A stretch of 63,737 nt of DNA, taken from Narcine bancroftii. Lineage: Eukaryota. Both the position numbers and the translations under genes were made by a program. Shown here piece by piece: positions 62,066 through 63,737 of the stretch (positions are counted from its first letter, which is position 1; each line of letters opens with the position of its first letter). The DNA is taken from positions 168,640,264-168,704,000 of the forward strand of contig NC_091472.1 in assembly GCF_036971445.1 (NCBI RefSeq). The letters run 5' to 3'. Below the pieces are notes generated by a model that was given only the letters and a program-made list of their open reading frames with translations, did no database searches and was not told the DNA's origin.

Positions 62066-63274
62066 TATTTCGAGTGGCTATTAAGGAGCGTAATTCAGCA
62101 GGAAGTTGATCACTCATTTGTAGGTGTACCAGAAATGTTTACCAGATGTCAATGGCACATTCAATGTACTCAGCAAGTTTGTGATGAAAATTAGCCTGTT
62201 TTCATACACATTTCCTTGACTTGTCTGACTTGAGAACACGGGAGGCACAGAATGTATATACCCCTCCTCTGCTTTCTTTCTCTTACAATGCAGTTAACTC
62301 AAAGCCATGATTTACAGTTCCATCTTTGATAGTTTTTTAATTATACAGTTCCACCTGGACATGTGAAATATTCTGCTACTTTCTCCAACGTCAGTAATCA
62401 TCCACTTTTGTTGGGCATATTTGATCACCACATATTTGAATGTTGAAATATTTTAATGTTCTGATGAAGTATATGTCTTATTGTACAGTTAACTCAATGT
62501 TTGCTTTCTTATGTCATATGTTTAATGGAAAATTTTGACTAATTCTTGCTAGTAGACCTACGTAAAATTAATTTCTGTTCAGGAACGCATAGTCTGAGCG
62601 ACTGAAGTTGTTTAGACGGTAAATTGTCCAATATTAATTTCTTTCAATTTACAACATCATAAACTCTGGAGCTGATTTGTATTTGTGGCGCTTCATATTT
62701 TCTATTTTGATAATTAATTGTATTTCATGCAGAATTTAAGAACATTTAAGAAAAAGGAGGGGACACACGGCAAAGTATGCATGGGGAATACTTTAACAGA
62801 GAAGTCGTATTTGAAGTGAGCATGCAAATTCAATATGCTGAAATATCAAAGTCATTGTATCGGAATTGGAATCTCATCTCTATAATTATCACAACGTTGA
62901 CTAAGTTGACATTTCAGCAAGATGCGATTAAATCTAGAATTAGTCGTTAAATTTCATCTCCGATGTGTCAGCGTGGAAAATTTGAGTGTATTTTGTATAC
63001 TTGAGAGATAAAACAGCTGAAGTATAAAATTGTCTGACAGCATCTTGTAATAATGGATCATTGAGAGAGAGATCTGTTAAGGTAGCAAATATATTGAAAA
63101 TTCTTCAAAACTTGATGAGACTGAATTCTAGGGAGACATAATTTTCAGACCAATATGGTTTGATGTACGGTTATGCACTGACCAATTGGCACACTGACAC
63201 TGAAATGATCAGGTGACAAATGCATCAGAGCAGGACACAGTTCCACATTCTTATCATACTTTACATTGAGTTGC

Positions 63275-63555
63275 TGTGGTGGCCCGCGGCAACCCAACAC
63301 ACAAGGTGGCACCTGAACACGGCAGCTTTCTTCACGGGCTGCCGGCTGCACAGTGGGAAACAGTGAGCACCAGCAGGAATGCCGGCCTATCAGTGGCCGG
63401 CTAGCTGGTGACGTCATCGCTACTGGAAGCAGCGTGACAACCAGGCCCAGCGGACCTATATAAAGAAAGTGTGAACCGTCAGTAAAGCCAGTAGTGACTG
63501 TACTCGCCTCATGTCAGTGCCTTGCTTTCACGCCCTGCCGGAGCACGCGTTGCTT
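63275..63555 (+). mobile_element. Probable small solo LTR with intact promoter motifs
   Basis: Starts TGTGGTGGC; CpG-rich; TGACGTCA 63409-63416, TATATAAA 63457-63464, AGTAAA 63481-63486. Right end and TSD unclear. Confidence 0.5.
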
Positions 63556-63737
63556 GCTCATAATATTTGGATAGTTGTGATGTTGTAATGCTACTGATTC
63601 ACCACAGCTAACAAACAAACAAAAAACTACACTCACTCATTTCTTACAGCACACCATGACATCGACTTTCTTTTTTATTATTTACTAGACACAATATTGC
63701 ATTCCTCAACTCCCCAAACACCACCCATCTAAACTCC

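Noticed and set aside
62578-62820. Two short AG...GT exon-like segments
   Set aside because: The first has stops in all frames; the second is open but has no recognisable homology or partner exons.
1-63737. Prokaryotic features (operons, CRISPR arrays, defence systems), tRNA or rRNA genes
   Set aside because: Low coding density, spliceosomal introns and vertebrate retroelements; no regularly spaced repeat-spacer array or structured RNA gene seen.

Overview
Eukaryotic (vertebrate) genomic DNA, AT-rich and dense in decayed transposons. The repeat landscape (CR1, Rex1/RTE, RTE-BovB, L1, Penelope, Gypsy, hAT, Chapaev-like, old SINEs) suggests a cartilaginous fish; this is an inference, not a database result. 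One host gene is supported: a three-exon, 211-aa secreted IL-6-family cytokine of the LIF/OSM/M17/cardiotrophin subgroup (+ strand, CDS 32199-32214, 32415-32554, 36032-36511). It has a TATA promoter and candidate NF-kB/STAT enhancer clusters nearby (27312-27535, 23463-23536, 60800-60925). Notable structural oddities are a complete Gypsy element flanked by a ~190-bp host duplication instead of a 4-6-bp TSD, two locally templated inverted insertions, a full-length L1 inserted into a Penelope hammerhead-like motif, and a cluster of solo LTRs. Most short ORFs in the track are noise or transposon fragments. Repeat boundaries without a TSD are approximate and identities were judged by eye.
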